NCBI RefSeq assembly: GCF_009834535.1
Contig: NC_045696.1
Coordinates: forward strand, 17,424,001 to 17,488,000
Length of the DNA stretch: 64,000 bases
DNA from: Camelus ferus
Lineage: Eukaryota
Direction of reading: 5' to 3'
Below, in pieces: positions 41,641 to 52,843 of this stretch. The notes below the pieces were generated by a model that did no database searches, had not been told where the DNA came from, and saw only the letters and a list, made by a program, of their open reading frames with translations. The translations under genes were made by a program, and so were the position numbers. Within the stretch, counting starts at the first letter, position 1. Every line of letters starts with the position of its first letter.

Positions 41641-44080
41641 ATACCAAACACCCAGGAATAGTACTTACATTGATCACAATTTGATCAAGTTTATTCTTCA
41701 ATCATTTCCCTGATCTTTTAAATCTTTTCTTAATATTTTTAATTATAAATTATATTTTTAACTTTAATTATCTATAGTCATGCACATGTTATTTACCTCC
41801 ATTGCAGTTTTTGATTATTTTTCATTCCACGTTTTATTTAATGATTCTTGTCCCTCATGTTACTTTTCCATCCCCTAGATCCTCCTGATTCTGTCTCAGT
41901 GGGAAAAGTGGATCACTATTTTATCCCTCTCTACTCTTTAACCAGAGAAGCTCAATATTTAACTTTTTCAAAGATGGAGCTTTTGCATAATATTTCAAAA
42001 ATTTTGAAAACCATTATTCTTAGAATTCAGTGCTTCTCCAGCTATCTATGGTGAAGAATCAATGTTTTTCTGAATCTATCCCAAACCTAAACTTCAGTAA
42101 ATTTAATAAAAAATGAACTACTATCAAAAATAAATGAAAATAAGAGAGGGGAAATATAAATTGGGAATCCAAAATGTTAATCATGAGATTTATTAGACAT
42201 ACAATTAATCTGCCAAATTGGTATAAAGTATTATAAACACTTAATCTCAATTTTTATACTTATCTTGTCTCTTACTAGTAATAGTAATTTCACACATCAT
42301 TACTGTTTCACACAGCATACTTTGAACTGATCAAATAATCTATACTGGTCATTCAGGGATTTTTTCAGATTGGAAATAAAGAATTGTGTCTAATAAACTC
42401 CAATTTATCACTTTGATGAGCTTAAAATTCTTGCCTCATTTTAAATTATCAAAGCACAGAAAAAAGTGATAGTCACTATTCTAAATTATAAATATTTTGA
42501 AATGTTTACAGCAGTGTTTTCCTACTTGGGTGAATTATAAAAGGAACAATCTTTAGGAAACAAATAAAATCAGCCATTCAAGCACAATTCTTTATTTTGA
42601 ATCATGCCCCTGAAGGCCATGCAGAAAGATTGAACCACATCATGCATCTTGGAGTGCCAGCACAGCATCGTGTTGACAATAAACTTGAAGGAGAATGAGG
42701 TCATTTTTCAGCCAGCTTCCAGAAATTGCCTCTTTAAAATTCTGAGTTCCTTAACTGCAATAAATATCCATTTTTCTAATCTCTAGACTTGAAAAAAGTG
42801 CTCTATATCCCACAGGAAGTGATTTCTGTGTCAAAGGTAGGGTAATGAGTACACAGCCTTGCATGGAGGAAAACCTAAGCGTTAAAGTAACTTCAGTGAC
42901 AGCTGATTTTTTTTATCAGGTTCATTCACTGTAATGAAAACAATGATGCCAGTGTGGACTTTAATTAACCTAAAGGTTTTTCTGAATGGAAGGAGGATGG
43001 AAAGTTGATATTACAGGAAGACTTTGAATGTGTTTTGTATGGAGGATAATGCTGTTTCAGGAGGAATGAGAAGACATATTTTTTTCTTTTGCAGAGATAA
43101 TTTCAATATATATATTTTATTTGCTTTTGTAGTTAAGTAGTGATTAAAATAAGTGATAAATTATATAAAACATAGGTGCTTTATGACATTACCAACATAA
43201 GATAACTTTTTTTTTCTCTCTTAACTTTCTTTTTTTTTAATCTCAAGGGTAACAGCAACTTATACAACTTGGTTGAACCCAGACTGTAAAAGTATATCTG
43301 AAACTCTAGATATAGGTCAGTCTCTTAGAGCATTAAACTATTATTCTGTGGCATTAAACTAATATTGTGAAGTATAGAAGTAATTTCACATAACTGTTAT
43401 ATTCAAGGCATTGTGCTATTTGAAAGGAAATAATATAAATCTGAAGAAACTATATGCCCTGTTTTAAGGATCTCACATATTAGTGGAAAGATGTAAGGGA
43501 TTTCAGTGGGATTAGTGTGTGTGTATAACAAAATTTATATTATATATATTTTATTGTATTCTATTTTAAAATTAATAAATAAAACAGTTACAAATAAAGT
43601 ATTGTGAAAACACAAATAAGGAAATAATAAATTATTGTGTTTAGGTAAGTTATCAGGAAAGGTTCCAAAAAGTATGTGGCATATAAATTAGATATCAAGA
43701 CATAAGCTCAATTTAGACAGAGAAATGGAAGATTTTCATATAGAGAAACTTAAGCAAAAGGTACAGCCTCATAGATACATGTCTATTATGTTGAAAAACA
43801 TACCCAATATTTACAAAGGCCCTAAAGTTTCATAATCATCATGTTATTCATTAAATGGTCTAATGATTAAAATAATTAAATCATGAAGTAAATGCTTTGG
43901 GATAAGTATATGATTTCTAAATTAGTTGATGTTATTTAAAGTTTAATGTCTCCTTTCCAGAAGCCCAAGGACAGAGGTCATTTATACTGCAGCAATTACC
44001 TACAACTGGGGGATTTTAAATTCTTTATTAATCAAACCATTTGAGATGCTTTAAAAAATGTATCTTGGCAGTGATAGTGG

Positions 44081-44440
44081 TGTCGTAAATGTTCTTTCTC
44101 TTTATTGACCTAAAACAACTCTACTGCTAGATATTTTTCCAGCAAAGGTGGGTTTATTTGGAATCAGTATAAAATTGTAATTCAGAGTCTACAACCATGG
44201 TGAGCCACATGCAAGGTCCCGCACAGGAAGGGAAAGAGAAGATTTGATAGAGAAGAAAAGGAAATTAGGAGGGAAGGCTGTAGTAAACAAAGAGTCCGTG
44301 GCTTTTCACTGGCTGAGTCCTTGCCAGGAAAGGAGAGAAGTCTTTCTTCCTGAAGGGCTCTATCATTGCAGGGCACGAAAACTCCCCTTTCTGGTCTCCT
44401 GACTCTATTTAATTGAGGTTTCTGTTTATTAATTTTTACA
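44081..44440 (-). mobile_element. ERV1-type solo LTR
   Basis: TG...CA bounded 360 bp; gggtttatttgg (minus-strand AATAAA), ttttcactggctgagtcc, tttattaatttttaca end. Confidence 0.7.
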
Positions 44441-47400
44441 TCTTAAAAAATTTTATTATTTCCAATTTTATTTAATTTTCAAATTTCTGTACCTTAAATT
44501 ATGAGACTTCTGACAGATTTTTAAAGCACTGATCAAAAGTTCAAACAGTAGTTTTGCTGTTGCAGCTTTTTGTTTGTACTTAGCCATCCTCAGATATACT
44601 ATTAAAACTTCCAAATCAATGCTCCAAAATATATAAAAGTCCTAATTAGTTCCTCAAACATTTAGTCAGCTTCTAACTATCCAAGTGTAAATTTTGAATA
44701 TAGAATTCTCAATAACATACTCAATAACACATTCATGATTCAGCTTGTTTCTGAATTGTTAATTTAAAGTTAGTTGTTGGTATTTGTTAATAAAAGTATT
44801 TACTATAGCTATTAAAACATAGTCATTACTTAATTACAGCTTTTTTAGCTATTAAAGACAGAGAATAATGAAATTTCCAAAGTGAAAACTTGAGTGATGT
44901 CTGTATTGATTGGATTTAAGATGTGAGGAAAGGGAAGAAATCCAGAAAAACAGTAAGCATAAATGGAAGATATCACTGAGATAAATAAAGGGGGGTGGAA
45001 TTAGAAGTAAAGAAAATGAGGTCAATATAAAACAAAATGAATTTATGGTTCTTGGGGCACTTCTAAGTGGAAATGTTGAAGATCTATATAGTTGAAGAGA
45101 TACTTGATGTTTATTGGTTATTATTGCTACATTTTACTATCTTCTATCTTTGACTTTCAAAATTTGGAAAATCTTGGTACCTTCTTGACTCATTTTCCAG
45201 CTAGACACTTAAGATCATTTTATCTCTTTTTATACATTTACAACAGAATGAGAAGCAAATTGTGTTTTTGTACCATGTTCTTCAATATTGGATCCATTTT
45301 AAGAGCTGCTAGAAAATACTCATTTTTCTGAATTAATTAAATTCATAGTGCAGTATCAGTATAGCTCATGGGTTAAAGTGTTTCAAATTTTGAAATGATC
45401 CAAAGAAATGCTTAAGCTTTAACCTAAGAGAAACATTTTTCCTTTGAGTGAAATGATTAGGTGGAATATAAGCAAGATCTTAATGCAACTGATATGCAAC
45501 ATTTAATTGTTAAACTAAATTGTTTTTGGTGCTTTAATATGAGGAATTTTTAATTAACTTCACTTTTCAATTTGAAATCAAATATAGATAATTTGAAATA
45601 AAAATGTTTTAACTACATGGAATTTAAAAAGGAAGTTGATCAAAAATTATATTAAACCAAAAAGATAGGAAAAAAGAAAGAAGGAAGGAAGCTTATAATT
45701 TTAAGTGTTCACATTACACCTGTCCCAAACAATCAAAGAAAAATCTGTGAACCAAAATTAGTCTCTCAAGAAATTTTACTAAATTTCCACTAAAATTTGC
45801 TTTTTTTAGCTTAGTTATCAAAATGAAGCAACACACTCAAAACTAAGAACATGGAAATATGTATATATTAAATTTCAAATATAAATAGTAATGAGGAAAA
45901 CAAATATATTTTACAGATAAACAATGTTAATAGGTGAATTTTAAATATTCATTAATTAGATTATTTAATATGTAAGTGTTCATTAAACAATAAAATACCA
46001 GCAGAGACATATTTTTCCATATGCGTTTATTTTACCTGAAGAACAGTGAGTGGTTTCAGCACTAAATCCACATAGATAAGACATTGTATTAAATTCAGTG
46101 TCATTCCAACATAGCACATAAAGAAAATTTTTGTTTTCACTTGAGAATGCCAAACAATTAACTAATGTGTATATGTGAATGTATGTATGTGTACATATAC
46201 TCATATGTACAAATATGTGTACACATATAAACACATGTATAAATGTCTTTACATATGCATTTATCTATCTAGAACTGTATCTTAGATAAGACTGGTAACA
46301 GAATGTAGAGGTCATGAAATAGGACTTTAAAGGCTTTGGTATTGAGTCCCATTTACTTGTCAGCATTGCAGGTGGCACTGGTTTGCTTTGCATTCATTTG
46401 TGAAGATAGGAACTAAACCCATCACATGTTGTTCATATATATGTCAACTAGGCTAAAGAAAGGTTTTATTTTGGATGTGCAGTTGCCAAAGAATTCTGTG
46501 TTTTCTACTAGTTCTAGTTACTTCCTGGACATAGTGATATTTTTGTGACTTTCCTAAACTAGAGACTACCTGAAACACATACTGAAAACCCCTTTAGGAC
46601 CCCACTGAGCTACAACACTGAGTTTGGAGGGTAATTGCACATCCCAGCTCTTCACAATTCTCATGGTTAAGATCTAAACAAGATCCTCTTTGTTGCTTTG
46701 GCAGGAGGCAAGGAAGAAAAATCATTGTGAAATAAGCCCACAGAAATCTCCATAACAAAAGTCTACTCCCCAGAGGAAGATTGACTGGATCCTTATCCAA
46801 CCAGGGGAATGGCATCTCTCATATTCCAGTCTCCTCCATCAGTATATCTTACTTGAATTTGTATCTTTGAGTGTATATTCTTTAGCCATACATAGTATGC
46901 TTCTGCCTTATTTCAGATTAATACACAAATACTATCCTCCTGACCTGGTCTTATACAAATTTTATCATTGTACTTTTGAGATGTATACATATTTTAATAT
47001 AACTCTCATTAGCCTCTGTAATTATATTGTAGGAATTATGTATCTGTTCTATTGAGAGATATTAGAATATCTCTCTAGCAATGAAAAAATGTAAATTAAA
47101 CCAATAATGAGAACTCATTCACATATTTTATAAAATGCTAAAAAATATAGCAGTTTAAAATGAAAAAAAAAATCTAGCAAGATCAAGTTTTAGGTGTTGG
47201 ATTATGAAAAAACAGGGAGTGAGTTTCTGGCCATGACTTACTTTTGTGCACAGAAAGGAATTTGGCCTAACAATGCTTTGACCCACTAGGATTGTTTAAG
47301 GGAAAGATGGGGCCTACTGTGGACAAGCTTCAGGCTGCACCCAGTCCCTTCCACCTCCTCTACCACCTATATAAGTGAGATCAATTTCTATTTTAAAAGC

Positions 47401-47716
47401 AAAGTTAGGGAGAAATGTTTTCTAGAACATAGCTGGCCACCCCTCCCCCAGCCTAACTGCCCATCCAGGATGTCTGCCACTTGTTTACCTTAGAGATGGA
47501 ACACTTTGCAGGATTCTGAGGGGTGGTCAGTTAAGGCTTACAGGACACTCACTGGTCCTCAGAGGCAGAGCTGTGGAGCCCAACACAACCATGGAGGGCC
47601 AGCTGTTCGCCACTGGATCCTCTTTCCAGCTGATTCTGGAACACCTATGGGGTGCTCTGCTGGTGATTGCTGAAAGCTTGAGGCACATCCCAGGTCTCCC
47701 TGCATTGTTCTGAGAG

Positions 47717-48712
47717 ATGCTGGTATGCACTGTGATGGTGGTTGTGATAGTAAAGAGACTAAACACTTTAAGATGTATGAAGTTGCTAGCCAAAAGGTGT
47801 TCTGCCCACAGTGAAGTCTATGGAAAAGGTGGTGAGAATACTGAACCAATGACACAAGGTGAAGAAGCCCTCAGGCCACCTGGGTTGGAGGCCAGTCCTC
47901 CCATGTTACAAACCTTGTGCCTGTTGGCAATGAATACAAACCTAAGTAAGTCATCCCATCCTACCACTGTGGACTTTCTGGAAAAGGCACAGAAGACCCA
48001 GCCTCCTCAACTTTCCCAGGTGACCAGTGGAAAACCCATCTTAAAAGCATCAGAGAAAAATGGAGAACAACTTCAGAAGAAAATAATGAATAATGTGAAT
48101 GAAAATACTCATTTTCCAGAAAGTCCAGAACTACTTGCTCAAGAAATAGCCAGATGGAAGCAGAGTGTCCAGGAAATGGAGGAGGAGAAAGAAAGGCTGG
48201 TGCAGTCAAACACACTGATGGAGCAAGTCCTGAATGATAATGTCCGCCAACTAACATCAATGGCTGAATGCCTTCTGAAGGCCATCCCGTTGCCTAACTT
48301 TCTTGGAGATCACTTGCTATATGGGAACCTGAAAGGCCAGTGGAAGAGGGAAGCAGAAAATGGTGATCAGTCCATTCATCAGTCAGAAGCTGATCTGCAG
48401 GGTGTCATTGATGATGTTGATTTCAACGTATCCCTTCAGAGTCCTGAACAGGGCCATCAGGAAATATCCCAAAGATTGCGGGAAGAAAAGCAAATGAATG
48501 AAGAGCTTGCAGGGCAAATATCAAGTCTCCAAATGGAAGAAGGGTCTCTGCACTGTGAGAATTCACAGCTGGAAAGGGAGACTCAGCAGCTGAAGCTGAA
48601 TCTTCAAATTCTGCCTGAAGTACATGAAGATTATTTAATGCAACTTCAGAAAAAAATTGAGGAGGAAGTGCGCTGCTTAGAATTGGAGAAAAAACTTCCC
48701 AGTCTGTGCTAA
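47717..48712 (+). CDS. 331-aa truncated cTAGE-like ORF (N-terminal hydrophobic anchor plus coiled coils); translation unproven
   Basis: Longest ORF in window; MLVCTVMVVVIVKR anchor then coiled-coil region resembling cTAGE5 CC1/CC2. Confidence 0.5.
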   Translation: MLVCTVMVVVIVKRLNTLRCMKLLAKRCSAHSEVYGKGGENTEPMTQGEEALRPPGLEASPPMLQTLCLLAMNTNLSKSSHPTTVDFLEKAQKTQPPQLSQVTSGKPILKASEKNGEQLQKKIMNNVNENTHFPESPELLAQEIARWKQSVQEMEEEKERLVQSNTLMEQVLNDNVRQLTSMAECLLKAIPLPNFLGDHLLYGNLKGQWKREAENGDQSIHQSEADLQGVIDDVDFNVSLQSPEQGHQEISQRLREEKQMNEELAGQISSLQMEEGSLHCENSQLERETQQLKLNLQILPEVHEDYLMQLQKKIEEEVRCLELEKKLPSLC

Positions 48713-49478
48713 AATGTGAAGTCCACATATCAGAATCACAGCTTCTATAGGAAGATGGCAGAAGATGTGGGCAAACAGTTAAAGGGCAACACTTCCTACC
48801 ACTGAAAGGAGATCCTCTTCCATGAGAAAAGAGCTCAAGAATGCTGGATGTTGGCTGTATCCACTGAGAGAAAGCTCAAGAAGCTAAAGAAAAGAAAATG
48901 ACCACAGAAGGCAAATGCTGGCCAAGGTTGATTCGAAGTTCCAGCCTTTCCCAAAGAGCCCCTGTGTCCCTGCTGCTCCACCTGCAGCCCACAGAGGCCT
49001 TGAAGTGTCAGGAGATCACCTTTGCCATGCTCCCTAGGGTGGGGGATGTTTATGCCATGAGATCTCAGGGATCTGGGGTCTTCTGCATGTTTGACTCATC
49101 TTCCCTAGAATTCAAGTCCTGAACACCCAGAACCAGGGATAAACACCTGTATGTATTTCTGTTAAATTAATTTTGACTAACCTCTTTAGCTAAGCTACAA
49201 TTGGTAAATTGATGTCACAGTTACTCTTACCAGTATAGAATTACAACTTATTGTAGTAATATTTAAAAATTGATTTTCAGAGATATATGGTTTTCCCAAA
49301 AGATTTTTTGGAATTAAGTACTGTAAGTATTGTATCTTGATTTAAATTAAACACCACTCATGACTTAGATCACCCTCTAAGTTTGACATGAGTAAGATAA
49401 ATTTGAAATGATAAAAATAATTATCTGTAAGCTATGGCTAATATTGTAAATCTATGTAATTAACCTAATACTCATCTG

Positions 49479-49517
49479 AATAAATTTTGGCTGGTTTTTA
49501 AAAAAACCCAAAAAAAG
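49479..49517 (+). terminator. PolyA signal and retroposed polyA-tail remnant of copy 1
   Basis: AATAAA 49479-49484 followed about 15 nt later by aaaaaaacccaaaaaaa. Confidence 0.65.
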
Positions 49518-50389
49518 TTAAACAAGACGAGACCTCATTCAAATTATATTTTTAATAGTTTAGTTCTAAACTTGTAGTTTAGTGCTAAATTCGTAAAATT
49601 AGTTTTGTAGTTCATAGATTAGAAACCAGAATTTGGAAGTATCTATTTCTTGTTTTATAATTGTTTCTTATCCTGTGTAGTTTTGCTTAAGGGTCCATTT
49701 TTTCCTTAACAATTCTAAAGTTTATCAGTCAAAATGAAAAAAGTTTTGATGGCAAAACACACATATAAACACACATACACACACAAACCACAAGGCAGAT
49801 ACTAATCCCTCTTAGTGGCTTTGTGAATACCTGAAAAATGTAAAAAGGGAGTTACAAATTTAAGAAATTTTTTAAATAAAAAAGTAAACTAAAAAATATG
49901 TGTGTATTAATTATATTTAGACAATAGATTTTAAATCATGTGCACATAAAAGTGGCATTTCCTGATCATTCAGACCAAATTCCAACCAAAAACTTCATAC
50001 AAAAGGTGCAGACAAAAGAGACTATGAAGATGGTGGTTCAGAGCTGTGGCAAGGATGAGGGAAGGACCAAGGATGTGGGGCTCCAGGTGCTAGCACTTAA
50101 AAGACTGTTTCAACTTTTGGGCCTGGAGAGAGGGGAGGGAAGTGATGTCACCTAAGCGCAGTGAGGGACTGTCAAGGGAACAGGAAAACTGCCCCCACCC
50201 TCTGTTCTCCTGTCCTCTCATTTCCTGCAGTAGTAATGGGCAGTCACCCAGGGGGCCTGGGTAGTGCAGATGGGGGAGTCAGCCTTGGACTAGAGCAGGC
50301 CAAGAGAAAAAAAGTAATTGGAGAATGACTAGCACACTTGACTCTCTTTGATCCAACGTATATGTGTGTATTTTATTGTCATCATTCAC

Positions 50390-51080
50390 ATCCATGTATT
50401 TAATAAATGTCTGTGGCGTTTCTATGATGTCTGCAGCAATGTTGTAGATGTTTGGTAGGAAGCAATGAAAACATCTCCTGATCTGATGAGACACGTGGGC
50501 CTCAGAGACAATCCAGTGAGGGGCAAGGTCAGATAATAAAGATCAATGAAACAAATGATGATATCTACTCTGAGGACAATTTCAATAGGATGATGGATGA
50601 TTAGGGTGACAGGGTAACACTCAGGAGGTGACATTTATGTGATATCAAACCACAAGAAGAGTATCCTGGGAGGCCAGGGGACATAAAATTATAAGCAGAG
50701 AGAAGAGGAAGAATAAATTGCCAGAGAACTGGGTTTCTGGGGCAGAGAAAGCTGGGCTAAGGTGAAGGGAGAGCAGGGGAGGTGGCCAGGGAGCAGGGAC
50801 CATTGCAAAGGCTTGTCTTTAGTGCAGCTTAGGGACACCAGACTTTAGACCTGGAGGCTGAAGGTTGATAGCTGCGGACATGGTGTGATGTATGTTCTAC
50901 GGAGATCTGCGTGGCTGTGGAGAGGGTGGAATGTGGGGAGGGGGAGTAAGTGTGGGATTTTGGTGAGGTTCCTCACGGGTCTGCACTGGGTTGGTTGTCA
51001 CAGAAATCCAGCAGAAAGACAGATGGGGCTGAGTTTGAGCAGTTGTGGGATCAGAAAAGATGAATGAAGAATGACTCTTA
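50390..51080 (-). mobile_element. Degraded L2 fragment within the duplicated segment
   Basis: Purine-rich L2 antisense motifs; paralogous to about 34910-35520. Confidence 0.6.
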
Positions 51081-52364
51081 GCACTGTTCTAATAACTCTG
51101 TATGGCATTGGGTACTAAGTAAATCATAGTAAATTTAGTGCAGGAGAACCCTAAGAAAAGTCAACAAGGCATAGATGCATTACACCCAGTGAAATCCTGA
51201 TTTCTGAGGAAAGTGTGTGGAGCAGCCATGTCCATTTGGACTCCAGGTAGTGTCTGCCATACTTGTTGAAGGCTCTGGTGATCAGGTGGTCTCACCTCTC
51301 AGGTGCTCCCACAATGGGGAGTCCAAGGGCAGGGAGAGGGGCTTATTGCAGGATGAAGATTCCCAAGTGTGATGCATTTACTATCTGAGTTGAGCCCATT
51401 TAATGCTACTTTTGGAGATACCAAGATGATACCAAGTTTACCACAAGCAAACCACAAGTCTCGCTTCCTGGATCACTGTCCCTCTAGTGACTGTCCCTCC
51501 TACTGGGCCCCACTTCATCATGCTTCTTCCTGTTCATTTCCTGCCAGCAGTCAGAAGAGACTCTTTATTCCATAAGATAATCAAGGCTAGAATGAAGCCA
51601 GACACTGATATGTGTGAGGTGAAGGTGCAATCAAACCCTGACCTAGACATCATGTCTCCTAGCTCTGGTTCACAAAGAACAAGGGTGAGAATCATGCCAA
51701 TGTGTTCTGGACAGTTGTTGGGCTGTGGGCTTCTTATTGATAGCTCACCTTTTCATTCATAAAACTGCTCATGTTATAACAATAAATTAAATGGTCACAA
51801 AATTAATGCCTCACTTGAGTTCAAACTTTTCCAGAGAGAGCTATGACATTTTGAGAAACATGTATATCCTAATGAGAAAGTTAGACAACATGGTTTAATT
51901 GAAACTTAAATTCAGCCACGGATGGTCAAAGAAACACCACAGTTTTGCCAACTTAACCAATATAAAAACATCGTATTTTTGTTAAGATGATCCCTCATTC
52001 ATGAACTCCAAATATAAGCCATGGTAGTTTTGAAAACGTCCCCAAAAAACCAAGTGACACGTGGGATAAACATAACACCAAGTATGCTTGGGTTAAAGTC
52101 AAGGCCCCTCCAGTGTACTGTGGAAGCAAAAAAGGATGTTTTTGAAAATCTTTCATAAGAGCCCATCTAGTGCAAATGGTCTTTATGTGATGCAATGGTC
52201 ACTTGAATTACAAACAAATAATTTGTCTGTTTAATTCAATTTCAAAGGTATTTGGAATGAAGTAAGACACTGAGTCTCAAGATATAGTGGAAAGATAAGA
52301 ATTTGCTGTGCCCAAAAAATACTCCTAGAAAGACAAGACAACTAGGAACACAATGCTGTAGTAA

Positions 52365-52492
52365 ATACCTCCTCTCTGGGACCACTCCCTGGGAGGCTCT
52401 GATTCAGTTGCTCTTAGGTGGGTCCTGAATGTCTGTATTTTTCCAAGTTCTGCTCATGATTCTGATGCACAGCAAAGATGGAACCACTACAG
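52365..52492. mobile_element. MER5-like hAT DNA transposon fragment
   Basis: ctctgattcagt...aggtgggtcctgaatgtctgtattttt...gattctgatgcacagcaaag...gaaccact. Confidence 0.7.
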
Positions 52493-52589
52493 TGGGGCAT
52501 CAACACGCCACCTATGTTGAAGGTACAGATGCAGCAATCTGGTTTCCTTTCCTTTCACAGTTATTGTTTCCATGGTTTACAATGTTTTT

Positions 52590-52843
52590 AATTATTAAAC
52601 TTTGCTTCTAGAGCTCTTCTGAGTACAAAGCAAAACTGAAAAGTACAGCGAGTTTCCATATACCCCTTCACATTCAAAACTTCCCAAGCAACATCTCCTA
52701 CCAGAGTGGTGCATTTGTTACAACTGATGGACCTACGTTGACATATTACCATTGTTTACATTAAAGTTCACTCTCCGTGTTGGACAGTCTATGATTTTGA
52801 GAAAAGTATAACCACATGTATCTATCAATATAATATCATACAA
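52590..52843 (-). mobile_element. L1MC-type 3' end, truncated at the ERV junction
   Basis: aaagtacagcgagtttccatatacccc, accagagtggtgcatttgttacaactgatggacctacgttgaca, ends atcataca. Confidence 0.8.

Larger units (their letters stand above)
47591..49517 (+). pseudogene. cTAGE5/MIA2-family retrocopy, copy 1 (disrupted; full extent to polyA remnant)
   Basis: Kozak accATGG at 47591, in frame with the long ORF but TGA at 47711 (aligned to the Trp of cTAGE5 FPWELVIC). cTAGE-like coiled coils (EQVLND, ENSQLERETQQLKLNLQILPE). Homology continues past TAA 48710 and TGA 48803 (FHEKRAQECW), a frameshift near 48890 (KENDHRRQML) and EHPEP at 49121. No introns; AATAAA plus A-rich tail. Confidence 0.9.

Noticed and set aside
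47527..48728. Antisense ORFs of 82-101 aa over both cTAGE copies (also 54875-55593)
   Set aside because: Shadow frames of the cTAGE sequence, duplicated only because the arms are identical; no independent coding features.
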